Shown: positions 19,856-28,209 of the stretch, one piece after another
How positions within the stretch are numbered: position 1 is the stretch's first letter
Layout: each line of letters opens with the position of its first letter
Virus record (IMG/VR): IMGVR_UViG_3300045988_126226
Span: 3,035-67,034 of that record
DNA length: 64,000 nucleotides
Direction: 5' to 3' (one strand)
From: a virus
Notes under the pieces: generated by a model
Told to the model about the DNA's origin: nothing
Seen by the model: only the letters and a program-made list of their open reading frames with translations
The model's database searches: none
Program-made: the position numbers and the translations under genes

Positions 19856-21372
19856 CAATTATAACTCCCTCGAATATTAAAACAGGAGATATTTTAAATT
19901 GTCCTTATAGTGGAACTTATAAATAGATAATTCTTTTGCCCGGGAAATATAAATTTGAATGTTGGGGCGCTCAAGGTGGAGGTAATTCTTCAAGCCTTGG
20001 TGGCAATGGAGGTTATAGTATAGGAGTAATAACATTAAGCAATCAACAAAATATTTATTTATATACTGGCGGGGCCGGAGGAAATGCTATTGCTGGTTTT
20101 AATGGAGGCGGAAGCGTTCCTTCTTCTTCGTATATTTCTGGTGGCGGAGGTGGCGCTTCTGATATTCGTATTGGATCAAATTCTCTTTATGCTCGTGTAA
20201 TCGTTGCTGGTGGTGGCGGTGGCGGAGAAGGTGAAGCGGCTGGATATTATGGAGGGGCTGGTGGAGGTTCCTCTGGAATAAATGGTCGTGGATATGGATC
20301 ATATGGAGCTGGTATGGGTAGTTCTCAAACTGCAGGAGGATCTAGCGCTTATGGAGGAACTAATAATATAGGAATGTCTTTTTCTGCTTCTTCTTTTGGA
20401 TAGGGGGCAAGTATAACAATTGCTTCATGGTCTGATAGGGGATTTATAGGAGGCGCAGGGGGTGGCGGCTGGTATGGTGGAGGAGCTGGTGGAGCTGTCA
20501 GTGGAGGCGGTGGAGGTTCTGGTTATATCTACACTTCATCAACAGCTTCTAATTATCCATCTGGATGTCTTCTAAATTCTTCTTATTATTTAGCAAATGC
20601 TCAAACTATTGTTGGTGATACTGCATTTACTTCTCCCACAGGGGTGAATGAAATTGGTCATACTGGTAATGGATATATTAGGATTACAGTAATAGAAGCT
20701 AAAAATAATTTATCTATATATATTAAAAATAACGCCTGGAAAGAAAACAATGAAATTTTATTTAAAAAGACAAATTGGATAAATCACAAAGATATTTATA
20801 TGAAATTTAATCCATAGTCTTTACTGCCGAGTGGATATACTGCATTAGAATATATAGAAAGTACAGGAACACAATATATTGATACTGGATTAACTGTAAA
20901 TAAAACTGATTCATATGAAATGATTCTTATTGCTCATTTAACTAATAATGACAATTGGGCAGGAGCCAATAGTTATTTACAATTTCAAGCAAAAATAGGA
21001 AATAATAAAAAAAGCAAAATAGATATTAAATATATAAATAAAATTGAGACAATCTTTGTTGATGACCAATAGGTTAGTTCAACAGATTGGAGCACTTCTT
21101 ATAATGGGACAAATGTAAAACTTGGTATATTTAGACTCGGAGATACAAATAATACTTGGTATTCGTAGACAGGTCAAAGTGGTAAACTTTATTCCTGCAA
21201 AATTTTAAATAATAATAATTTAATACGTAATTTTGTTCCTTGCAAAAATGCATCAGGAATTTTAGGATTATATGATGCAGTTAATAATGTGTTTTATACT
21301 AATGCAGGAACAGGTACTTTTACGGCTGGTCCAATAGCAACTGCATCTTGGGTGAAAATAGGAAATTTATAA
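19837..21372 (+). CDS. Gly-rich tail fibre protein (511 aa, about 5 in-frame TAG), TTG start overlapping the previous gene
   Basis: AAAAAAGGAGG then TTG 19837; poly-Gly/Ala/Ser region; C-terminal domain paralogous to 18533..19855. Confidence 0.45.
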
Positions 21373-21386
21373 GGAGTAGATCTATT

Positions 21387-21830
21387 GTGGAACATCATAT
21401 TAAAATTTTTTTCTTTTTAGATCAAGAAGATTTTGGTGATAAACGTAATTGTTCTTTAACGAGTATAACATCTATTTGTTATACTCGTTTTAGGAATCCT
21501 TCTGAAAGAGAAATCTATAATATAGTTGAATCTATTGGAAAAAAATATTGTTATAATGATAAACGAGGAACTAATCCTTTACTTATTAAAAATATTTTTA
21601 ATAAATCTTTAGAATATTTTTCTAAACAAAAATGTCAAACTCATTCAAATTATTTAAAAGAATTTGGATATAATTTTACTACAATTAAAAATTTAATCGA
21701 TATGAATAAACCTGTTATTCTATCTTTCTGGAAATGTGAAAAATATTCTAATCATACAATTACAATAATTGGATATGATGATAAAACACAAGATTTGATA
21801 ATCGCAGATAATTGGTCCAAAAGACCATAG
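21387..21830 (+). CDS. hypothetical protein (147 aa), possibly a papain-like peptidase
   Basis: GTG after AAGGAG; no firm motif. Confidence 0.3.
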   Translation: MEHHIKIFFFLDQEDFGDKRNCSLTSITSICYTRFRNPSEREIYNIVESIGKKYCYNDKRGTNPLLIKNIFNKSLEYFSKQKCQTHSNYLKEFGYNFTTIKNLIDMNKPVILSFWKCEKYSNHTITIIGYDDKTQDLIIADNWSKRP

Positions 21831-21888
21831 AAAATCAATTATAAAAATATTTCAACAATTTCTTCAATAAACTACTTTTAAAAATTTT

Positions 21889-21917
21889 TTGACATTTTAA
21901 AAAAAATAATATATAAT
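21889..21917 (+). promoter_or_regulatory. conserved phage promoter
   Basis: TTGACATTTTAAAAAAAATAATATATAAT. Confidence 0.6.
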
Positions 21918-22050
21918 ATATATAGAAAGTTGAGAGAGAAAGATTTCAAAAATTTTTTTTCTTATACTTTTTCTTTCGGCAACGAACTCTTTAATTGATA
22001 AGTTAAAGAGATTGGGAGAAAGAGCGCGGGAACTGCGTTAGTGCCGATAT

Positions 22051-22125
22051 GCTGGATTAGCTCAGCGGCAGAGCGCCACTCTTGTAAAGTGGAAGTCGAG
22101 GTCTCGGAATCCTCATCCAGCTCCA
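22051..22125 (+). tRNA. tRNA-Thr (anticodon TGT) with a 9-nt T loop, CCA encoded
   Basis: acceptor GCTGGAT/ATCCAGC 7/7, D arm GCTC-AGCGGCA-GAGC, anticodon stem CCACT/AGTGG loop CTTGTAA. Confidence 0.5.
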
Positions 22126-22168
22126 TTAATCAAAAAGATTAAAATAAATGTGTAAAAGGTGTAAAATT

Positions 22169-22519
22169 ATGAATTATTCTCTGGACAAGTATAAGTTTTA
22201 TGAGTACAACGATCCCAAGGGTAAGAAGACTGTGAGTGCGGTTTCCACGTATGCCGGTCGGACAGTTAAGGGTTATGCTAAGTGTGATCCTCGTGATAGT
22301 TTTAATGTTGAAAATGGTAAGAAGCTCGCGGCCGCGCGTTGTAATGCGAAGGTTTCCACAAAGCGTATGAAGCGCGCTGAGTATAAGATGAAGGAAGCTC
22401 AGGCTCTTCTTGATCAGGCTCAGGCTCATTACGATAAGATGGTGAATTATTTCAACGATGCTTCTCGCGATAAGTCTTTTGCCGAGAATGAGGTAAATTG
22501 TCTCCTTAAGGAGATGTAA
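22169..22519 (+). CDS. hypothetical protein (116 aa)
   Basis: ORF with TAA stop followed by a terminator. Confidence 0.35.
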   Translation: MNYSLDKYKFYEYNDPKGKKTVSAVSTYAGRTVKGYAKCDPRDSFNVENGKKLAAARCNAKVSTKRMKRAEYKMKEAQALLDQAQAHYDKMVNYFNDASRDKSFAENEVNCLLKEM

Positions 22520-22524
22520 TAAAT

Positions 22525-22552
22525 AAGGAGAAGATTTTCTTCTCCTTTATAT
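22525..22552 (+). terminator. rho-independent terminator
   Basis: AAGGAGAAG-ATTTT-CTTCTCCTT then TAT. Confidence 0.6.
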
Positions 22553-22647
22553 GGTAGGGTGCCGAAGTGGACATAACGGCCTAGACTTGAAATCTTGTGT
22601 GCCGGCTTTGAACCGGCCCGTGGGTTCGAATCCCACCCCTACCGCCA
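22553..22647 (+). tRNA. tRNA-Ser (anticodon TGA), type II, G73, CCA encoded
   Basis: acceptor GGTAGGG/CCCTACC 7/7, anticodon loop CTTGAAA, variable-arm hairpin GCCGG-CTTTGAA-CCGGC, T arm GTGGG-TTCGAAT-CCCAC. Confidence 0.6.
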
Positions 22648-22650
22648 TAT

Positions 22651-22744
22651 GCGGTCGTGCGATAATTGGTAGTCGGCTCGCCTGGAAAGCGAGTGTCGGC
22701 GTTCATAGCGTCGATTGTAGGTTCGAGTCCTACCGACCGCGCCA
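22651..22744 (+). tRNA. tRNA-Ser (anticodon GGA), type II, G73, CCA encoded
   Basis: acceptor GCGGTCG/CGACCGC 7/7, anticodon stem CTCGC/GCGAG loop CTGGAAA, T arm GTAGG-TTCGAGT-CCTAC. Confidence 0.6.
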
Positions 22745-22769
22745 ACTAATTTAATAAGGAGGATATTAT

Positions 22770-23063
22770 ATGAAATCTAATTCTCGTGCTTATAATCGTG
22801 ATGTGTCCAAAAGAAAAGCGTTGAGAAAGCGTAGAATCACCAAAGAAGTGTATGGTGATCTTACTCATCCCTATTATGATAATCTCCATCAATTTAGTAA
22901 AAATAAAATTCATTGTTCATGTCCTATGTGCTCAGCCAAGAGTAAGAATAGAGGAAGAAGACGCGAAAAAGCGTGGAATTATTCTCCTACTTATAATTGG
23001 AAGATTGCGGATTTGCGCAAATTCAATAAGATGGATATGAGTTGTGAGGACGCGGGCGTGTAA
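22770..23063 (+). CDS. hypothetical basic protein (97 aa)
   Basis: RBS AAGGAGGA; TAA stop then hairpin. Confidence 0.4.
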   Translation: MKSNSRAYNRDVSKRKALRKRRITKEVYGDLTHPYYDNLHQFSKNKIHCSCPMCSAKSKNRGRRREKAWNYSPTYNWKIADLRKFNKMDMSCEDAGV

Positions 23064-23081
23064 AGTAAAAATACTTTACAC
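23058..23081 (+). terminator. hairpin terminator sharing the GTAAAGT..ACTTTAC motif with the terminator at 849
   Basis: GTGTAAAGT-AAAAAT-ACTTTACAC. Confidence 0.45.
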
Positions 23082-23107
23082 CAATTTCCGCAATTTTTTG
23101 ACATTTT

Positions 23108-23136
23108 TAAAAATTTAATATATAATATATAGAAAA
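23108..23136 (+). promoter_or_regulatory. conserved phage promoter
   Basis: TTGACATTTTTAAAAATTTAATATATAAT. Confidence 0.6.
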
Positions 23137-23137
23137 T

Positions 23138-23272
23138 GAAAAAGAAAAGAAGAAAAATGCGACCACAACCACCTTGGTATTTTTCTTTTGACACTGATAA
23201 TTGTTATCGTTGTAAAAATAAAAATGGTTGCGGTGGTTGTAAATTCTTAAAAAGGTATATTCATACTAAGTA
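23138..23272 (+). CDS. small basic Cys-rich (zinc-ribbon-like) protein, 44 aa
   Basis: ATG shortly after promoter; CYRCKNKNGCGGCKF. Confidence 0.25.
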
Positions 23273-23281
23273 AAAGAAAAT

Positions 23282-23310
23282 TTGACATTTTATAAAAAAT
23301 ATTATATAAT
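23282..23310 (+). promoter_or_regulatory. conserved phage promoter upstream of the intron-containing tRNA-Leu
   Basis: TTGACATTTTATAAAAAATATTATATAAT. Confidence 0.6.
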
Positions 23311-23537
23311 ATTTATATAAAATGAAGAAAGACCTTATCAGCAAATATAAGAATAAAATCTTTACCAAACTTCAAGGATGTTATTTGAGGTCTTGTAAAT
23401 ATTATCTAAAGCCCGCGAGAGAAAAAATAGACGGACTGAGCGTCAGTAATTCTGGCTGGAACTTGAAGAGGAAGTTGTTGGCTGACATTAAAGCTGATAT
23501 CCGCGGGCGTGGCGGAACTGGCAGACGCCTGGGACTT

Positions 23538-24301
23538 TGATGTATTCTATCCGTGTCAAAATGGATACTACTATTTAATAGTAGAGAGTGCCTAAGAGGA
23601 AACTCTTAGAGTAGAAGCTGGCTAAAACGGCGAAGGCGAATACAGAACGCCGTGCTAAATTTTGGCATACATTTCTAAAATTGGACGACACTAATTAATT
23701 TATTTCCTTTAATTTTATATATAATAGAAATTAAAGGAGTTGATTAATTTGCGTAATGATATTTTAGAAAGAAAAGATGAAATATTACAATGGATTAGTG
23801 AAAACCGTTCAAAAGCTTTTATGGCAAGAGAATTAGGTTGTAATCCAAAAACTATTAATCCTATTTTAGCAAAATTAGGAATTGAATATTCTGGGAATTA
23901 GAGTGGAAAAGGTATTTCAAAACCTAATAGTGATTATATGTCATTAGAAGAATATTTAAAAAATAGTTAGGATATTCAAAGTAATAAAGTAAGAATTAAG
24001 TTATTGCGAGAAGGGTATAAAGAACATAAATGTGAAAATTGTGGTTTAACTGAATGGTTAGGTTAGCCTATTCCATTAGAGTTGCATCATAAAGACGGCA
24101 ATAGAAATCATAATGAAATTGAAAATTATCAATTATTATGTCCTAATTGTCATACTTTCACAGATTCTTATCGCGGTAAAAATAGTGCCAAATAAATGTG
24201 TAGAGAGTATACACCAGCTATCTAAGTCTGAATAAGATATGGTAAAGACGTACTCCAGACTACAACACAGAAATGTGGCTATGGTGACATAGAGTAGTAA
24301 G
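23538..24301 (+). mobile_element. group I intron (764 nt) in tRNA-Leu(UAA), carrying an HNH homing endonuclease ORF
   Basis: insertion at the classical U34/A35 site of tRNA-Leu(UAA); exon ends in U, intron ends in G; GNRA-capped hairpin CTAAGAG-GAAA-CTCTTAG and other hairpins at 23566-23650. Confidence 0.5.
23750..24195 (+). CDS. intron-encoded HNH homing endonuclease (148 aa, 3 in-frame TAG)
   Basis: RBS AAAGGAG then TTG 23750; CENCGLTEWLG(TAG)PIPLELHHKDGNRNHNEIENYQLLCPNCH; TAG aligns with K/Q of the WNGK/WQGK motif. Confidence 0.55.
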
Positions 24302-24684
24302 AAAATCCCATGAGGTAAACCCTCGTACGAGTTCGATTCTCGTCGCCCGCACCATTAAATAATAATAGCTAACGGCAGTTGCCTCTAATGAAAATTAGAT
24401 AGACGGGTCGGGGTTGACATAGACAGGTCAACAGGTAGTACAGCAGTAGGTAACAAATCTGCAAGTCGAAATAAGTTGGGAAAACCAAATGATACGGCTT
24501 AGTCCTTCGTAAGAAGTTGAAGAGAGATTTTAGGTAAAAGATAACAACTTTTAACTGCTCTTCGTAATTGACCATGAAACCGGGTCATAGCTACCATATT
24601 ATTATTTAAGTTAATCTAAAAGGAGTGAGTCCAATGGGTTCTCGAATGGTTATCTTTTAACATCTTTTAAAGGAGGTTAAAAGA

Positions 24685-24996
24685 ATGAGTAGAAGTAGAA
24701 AAAAGACACCTTATAGTGGCGATCGCAAAGATCGCGGATATAAGAGATATGCAAATAAAAAAGTTCGTCAAAAATTAAAAAATTCTGAAGAAATTTATAA
24801 TTACAAAGAGTATAAAAAACTTTTTTGTTCTTATGATATTTGCGATTATTATACCATAGAAGGTGATTTTGAAACTTTTTATAAAAATGAAATTTCACGT
24901 TGGTATCGTTGGCGAGTATATCCTTATTTAAATTATGAATTTCCTACTCGTGAAAAAGCATATCAAGATTATATGCGATATTACATTAGGAAATAA
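24685..24996 (+). CDS. hypothetical basic protein (103 aa)
   Basis: RBS AAAGGAGG; TAA stop. Confidence 0.4.
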   Translation: MSRSRKKTPYSGDRKDRGYKRYANKKVRQKLKNSEEIYNYKEYKKLFCSYDICDYYTIEGDFETFYKNEISRWYRWRVYPYLNYEFPTREKAYQDYMRYYIRK

Positions 24997-25002
24997 GAAA
25001 AT

Positions 25003-25031
25003 TTGACATTTTTAAAAATTTAATATATAAT
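25003..25031 (+). promoter_or_regulatory. conserved phage promoter
   Basis: TTGACATTTTTAAAAATTTAATATATAAT. Confidence 0.6.
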
Positions 25032-25119
25032 AAATATATAAAACGTACAAAATTTTTTTCAATTCTTATTCTCTTTATTGATTGTTTAGCATTTTCAACA
25101 ATATAAAGAAAATGCTTAC

Positions 25120-25195
25120 GCAGGATTGGTGTTAGCGGCTAGCATTCCGGTCTTCCAAACCGGCGGGGCCAGTTCGAATCTGGTATCTTGCTCCA
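25120..25195 (+). tRNA. tRNA-Gly (anticodon TCC), CCA encoded
   Basis: acceptor GCAGGAT/ATCTTGC (one G-U), anticodon stem CCGGT/ACCGG loop CTTCCAA, T arm GCCAG-TTCGAAT-CTGGT. Confidence 0.55.
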
Positions 25196-25566
25196 TAGTT
25201 ATTAATTCGGTCTATGATAAATCGCGATGCCTGATTAATTAACTACATAGAGCCATACAGCAAATTCTTTTTACTGGGTTTCCAGTGCTATTAACTTATT
25301 TTAAGTTTCTACTAAAAAGGATTGATGTAAAATCAAATGCTTGTAGGTCTATGAGTATGATATAATAAGTAATATAAATGGCTTGGCTCTAGAATTTAAA
25401 GTCGTTTATATGAAAATTGTATTAGAAAATAGACGATTTGTTCTCTTTGGAGGATTGTTTGAAAAAACTAAAAAATTAAGAGAGCAGGTTAGATTATAAA
25501 TAACTATTAAAGACGCATCCAGCAACTGATCTTTTACGTTGTGATGAAATTTAAAAAGAAGAGCGT

Positions 25567-25709
25567 CTTGTCTCACGCGGTTGTAGCTCAGGGGTAGAGC
25601 AGTAGCCTTGATGAAATAGTATAATGAAATACATTTCTTATGAAAAGATATGAGTTCAAATCTCATTTTCATCACCATTAAGCTATTGGCCGAGGGTTCG
25701 AATCCCTCC
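25567..25709 (+). tRNA. split tRNA-Lys (anticodon TTT) with a 68-nt tRNA-like insertion (25600-25667) in the anticodon loop between positions 34 and 35; halves sum to 75 nt
   Basis: 5' half 25567-25599: acceptor GCGGTTG, D arm GCTC-AGGGGTA-GAGC, anticodon stem GTAGC, CTT. 3' half 25668-25709: TTAA, stem GCTAT, variable TGGCC, T arm GAGGG-TTCGAAT-CCCTC, acceptor CAACCGC 7/7, A73, CCA. Joined loop CTTTTAA is 7 nt. Confidence 0.5.
25600..25667 (+). ncRNA. inserted mini tRNA-like element nested in the tRNA-Lys anticodon loop
   Basis: own 7-bp acceptor GATGAAA/TTTCATC, D arm GTA-TAATGAAA-TAC, T arm ATGAG-TTCAAAT-CTCAT, A73, CCA; anticodon arm degenerate with no variable loop. Confidence 0.4.
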
Positions 25710-25835
25710 AACCGCACCATAAGTTGAAAGTAATATTATTTATTGCGCAATAACATAGGTTAAGTTGGTAGACTAATTTAATTATAAATTTAATTAGTTT
25801 ATCAACTTTATTTTTTTATAAAGGAGAATAGTAAT

Positions 25836-26147
25836 ATGATAAATACGAATGATTTTTTAAATTTTTTAAATACTCTTTCTGCTGGTTTTGATATTCGTGG
25901 TGATGTAGTAGATACTACAGAATTAATCAATAATAAACATTTTATTACTATTGATACTTGTTATACTAATGATACTGGACGTTATGAAACTGGTATTAAA
26001 ATAGATAATGATGAATGGATTATTGTTGAAAGCTATCCTAATAGAGCATCTGCGGTAATTGGTCATGATGAATGGATTAAAAGATGTAATACGCTTCCTA
26101 TTGAATTATTAAACATTCAAGATGGTGAAATTTATATTTATGAGTAA
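25836..26147 (+). CDS. hypothetical protein (103 aa)
   Basis: RBS AAAGGAGAA; TAA stop. Confidence 0.4.
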   Translation: MINTNDFLNFLNTLSAGFDIRGDVVDTTELINNKHFITIDTCYTNDTGRYETGIKIDNDEWIIVESYPNRASAVIGHDEWIKRCNTLPIELLNIQDGEIYIYE

Positions 26148-26162
26148 TTAATTTATTCATAT

Positions 26163-26239
26163 GGCAAGGTACTCAAGTGGTTTAAGAGGACGGTCTGCAA
26201 AGCCGGTATTCGTGAGTTCGAATCTCACCCTTGCCTCCA
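26163..26239 (+). tRNA. tRNA-Cys (anticodon GCA), CCA encoded
   Basis: acceptor GGCAAGG/CCTTGCC 7/7, anticodon loop CTGCAAA, T arm GTGAG-TTCGAAT-CTCAC, U73. Confidence 0.55.
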
Positions 26240-26248
26240 ATATTTTTT

Positions 26249-26320
26249 ATATAAAGTATTATGTTCAATGTTTTTATAAAAATCTTAATTAATTTTTATA
26301 AAAACATTGAACATAATATA
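26249..26320 (+). repeat. perfect inverted repeat (22-bp arms) around TCTTAATTAA
   Basis: ATGTTCAATGTTTTTATAAAAA ... TTTTTATAAAAACATTGAACAT; may act as a terminator or operator upstream of the R-M-like operon. Confidence 0.6.
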
Positions 26321-26375
26321 TAAAAAAATGACTTTAGCTAAAATTTTTTGTATAATATAAAGAAGGGGAGAAGAT

Positions 26376-26987
26376 ATGGAATTTCAACAGTTGTTTGCTG
26401 ATCAATTTAAAGCAGTTGCAGAAAAAAAATATGGTCCTGCCACGACTCGCTCTTCCAAATTGTTAGAACCAATTCATTCTAAAATTGCTGAACTGGTAGA
26501 AAAAGAAGGTTTTTCCACTCGAAGTCTATGCAATTCAGAATATGAGTTTATTGGGGCTTATGGCTCTAAGAAAGTTGATATTGCCATTTTTAATGGTGAT
26601 AAATTCGTAGGAGCTATCAATTTTAAGGGAATTCGCTCTGAATATAATAAAAATGCAAATAATTATTATGAAAATATGAAGGGTGAATCTGATTTATTTA
26701 TAAATGCCGGTATCCCTATTATGCAAATAATTTTTATTCCCACTAAGGTTCATCATAAAAAGAGTAACGGTGAAGTAGTTTTTGAGACTCCTACTCAAAA
26801 AAACAAGGATAATTATAAAAACTTTTTAGCCTATAAATCTGCTTATTGGGATTTATTAACTTTTATCCCATATTATTTTGAAGTAGATTATGATAACTTT
26901 ACTGCACAATATTGTGAAGATAATATCTCTCCTTGTTTAACTGATGCAATTATGCAATTTATAGGAGGTTTAAAAGAAAATGTTTGA
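26376..26987 (+). CDS. hypothetical protein (203 aa), candidate restriction endonuclease partner of the downstream methyltransferase
   Basis: RBS GAAGGGGAG; stop overlaps the ATG of the MTase (operon); no firm motif. Confidence 0.3.
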   Translation: MEFQQLFADQFKAVAEKKYGPATTRSSKLLEPIHSKIAELVEKEGFSTRSLCNSEYEFIGAYGSKKVDIAIFNGDKFVGAINFKGIRSEYNKNANNYYENMKGESDLFINAGIPIMQIIFIPTKVHHKKSNGEVVFETPTQKNKDNYKNFLAYKSAYWDLLTFIPYYFEVDYDNFTAQYCEDNISPCLTDAIMQFIGGLKENV

Positions 26988-28158
26988 TAAAGTAAAAAAC
27001 TATGGTCAAGTTATGACCCCAGATACTATTGTCAATCATATGATTGATATTTTAAATTTAACTCAAAAAGAGATTGATACGTCTCTATTTTTAGATAATA
27101 GTTGTGGTGATGGAGCATTTATTACGGGACTTTTAAATAAAGGTATTCCAAAAGAACATATTTTTGCTATTGACATTGATGCTGATATTATCGAAAAAGT
27201 GCAAAATATATTACCATCAGATAATGTAATTTTAGGTTCAGCTTTTAAACAGACTGAATGGTTTGGTAAATTTGATTATGTTATTGGAAATCCGCCATAT
27301 GTGCGCATCCACAATCTAATGCCAGAGACAAAACAAGAAATTGAACAATATTCTTATTGTTTTGGTATGTATGATTTATATTATGCCTTTTATGAAGTTG
27401 GTCAAAAATTTTTGAAACCAACTGGAAGTCTACTATATATTTCTCCGCTTTCTTTTATTCAAAATACTAGTGGTAAAAAAATGAGAGAAGATATTGAAAA
27501 AAATAATTTACTTTGGTATTTTGAAGATCTCACAAAAGAGCAATTATTTGATGGATTTTCCACATATACTGGTATTGTTGGATTATCAAAAGTAAAAATA
27601 AGTATTCAAATCCCTTGGAACAATACTAGAGAGAAAATTGGATTATCTTATGAAAGTCTGCAAAATGGTATCGCAACATTAGCAGACCGAATTTTTATTA
27701 AAGATAATTTTAATGATTTGGAGGATACTTTTATCCACCCCATTATTAAAGCTGGTACTCAGGAATGGAAAGAGTGTATTGTTCCACCTCGCACAGAAGA
27801 AGAATTGAAATCAGCACCTAAGACTTACGCTTATATGTTGGCTAATAAAGAGCGTCTAGAAAATCGTTCTATTTCTGGTAATACAAAATGGTTTGAATTT
27901 GGTCGTTCTCAAGGTTTAGTTAATATGAATAAAGAAAAATTAGTTATTTCAACAACAATTATCCCCGATAAAATTCCTTATGTAAGAGTGGGTCCAGAGG
28001 TTTTTGTATATTCTGGCTTATATGCAACTGCTGATGATTTAGATAAATTAGAAGCAGAATTAAATAGCCCAGAACTCTTAGAGTATCTAGTTGAAAACGG
28101 AAAACCTATGAGGGGCGGTTATTATCAAATTACTAGCACAATGTTAAAAAATTATTAA
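26980..28158 (+). CDS. N6-adenine DNA methyltransferase (gamma-class; motif I DNSCGDGAF, motif IV NPPY)
   Basis: LDNSCGDGAFITG ... DYVIGNPPYVRIH; 392 aa. Confidence 0.6.
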   Translation: MFDKVKNYGQVMTPDTIVNHMIDILNLTQKEIDTSLFLDNSCGDGAFITGLLNKGIPKEHIFAIDIDADIIEKVQNILPSDNVILGSAFKQTEWFGKFDYVIGNPPYVRIHNLMPETKQEIEQYSYCFGMYDLYYAFYEVGQKFLKPTGSLLYISPLSFIQNTSGKKMREDIEKNNLLWYFEDLTKEQLFDGFSTYTGIVGLSKVKISIQIPWNNTREKIGLSYESLQNGIATLADRIFIKDNFNDLEDTFIHPIIKAGTQEWKECIVPPRTEEELKSAPKTYAYMLANKERLENRSISGNTKWFEFGRSQGLVNMNKEKLVISTTIIPDKIPYVRVGPEVFVYSGLYATADDLDKLEAELNSPELLEYLVENGKPMRGGYYQITSTMLKNY

Positions 28159-28180
28159 TCGTCTTTTATAAAAATCTTAA

Positions 28181-28209
28181 TTGATTTTTATAAAAAAATA
28201 ATATATAAT
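28181..28209 (+). promoter_or_regulatory. conserved phage promoter
   Basis: TTGATTTTTATAAAAAAATAATATATAAT. Confidence 0.6.

Larger units (their letters stand above)
23503..24354 (+). tRNA. tRNA-Leu (anticodon TAA) interrupted by a group I intron between anticodon positions 34 and 35
   Basis: 5' exon 23503-23537: acceptor GCGGGCG, D arm GGCGGAACTGGCAGACGC (Leu-like), anticodon stem TGGGA, CTT. 3' exon 24302-24354: AAAA, TCCCA, variable hairpin GAGG-TAAAC-CCTC, T arm ACGAG-TTCGATT-CTCGT, acceptor CGCCCGC 7/7, A73, CCA. Joined loop CTTAAAA. Confidence 0.6.

Noticed and set aside
23322-23540. ORF 23322-23540 (72 aa) downstream of a conserved promoter
   Set aside because: It has no RBS and overlaps the 5' exon of the intron-containing tRNA-Leu. 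The promoter more plausibly drives the tRNA and intron transcript.
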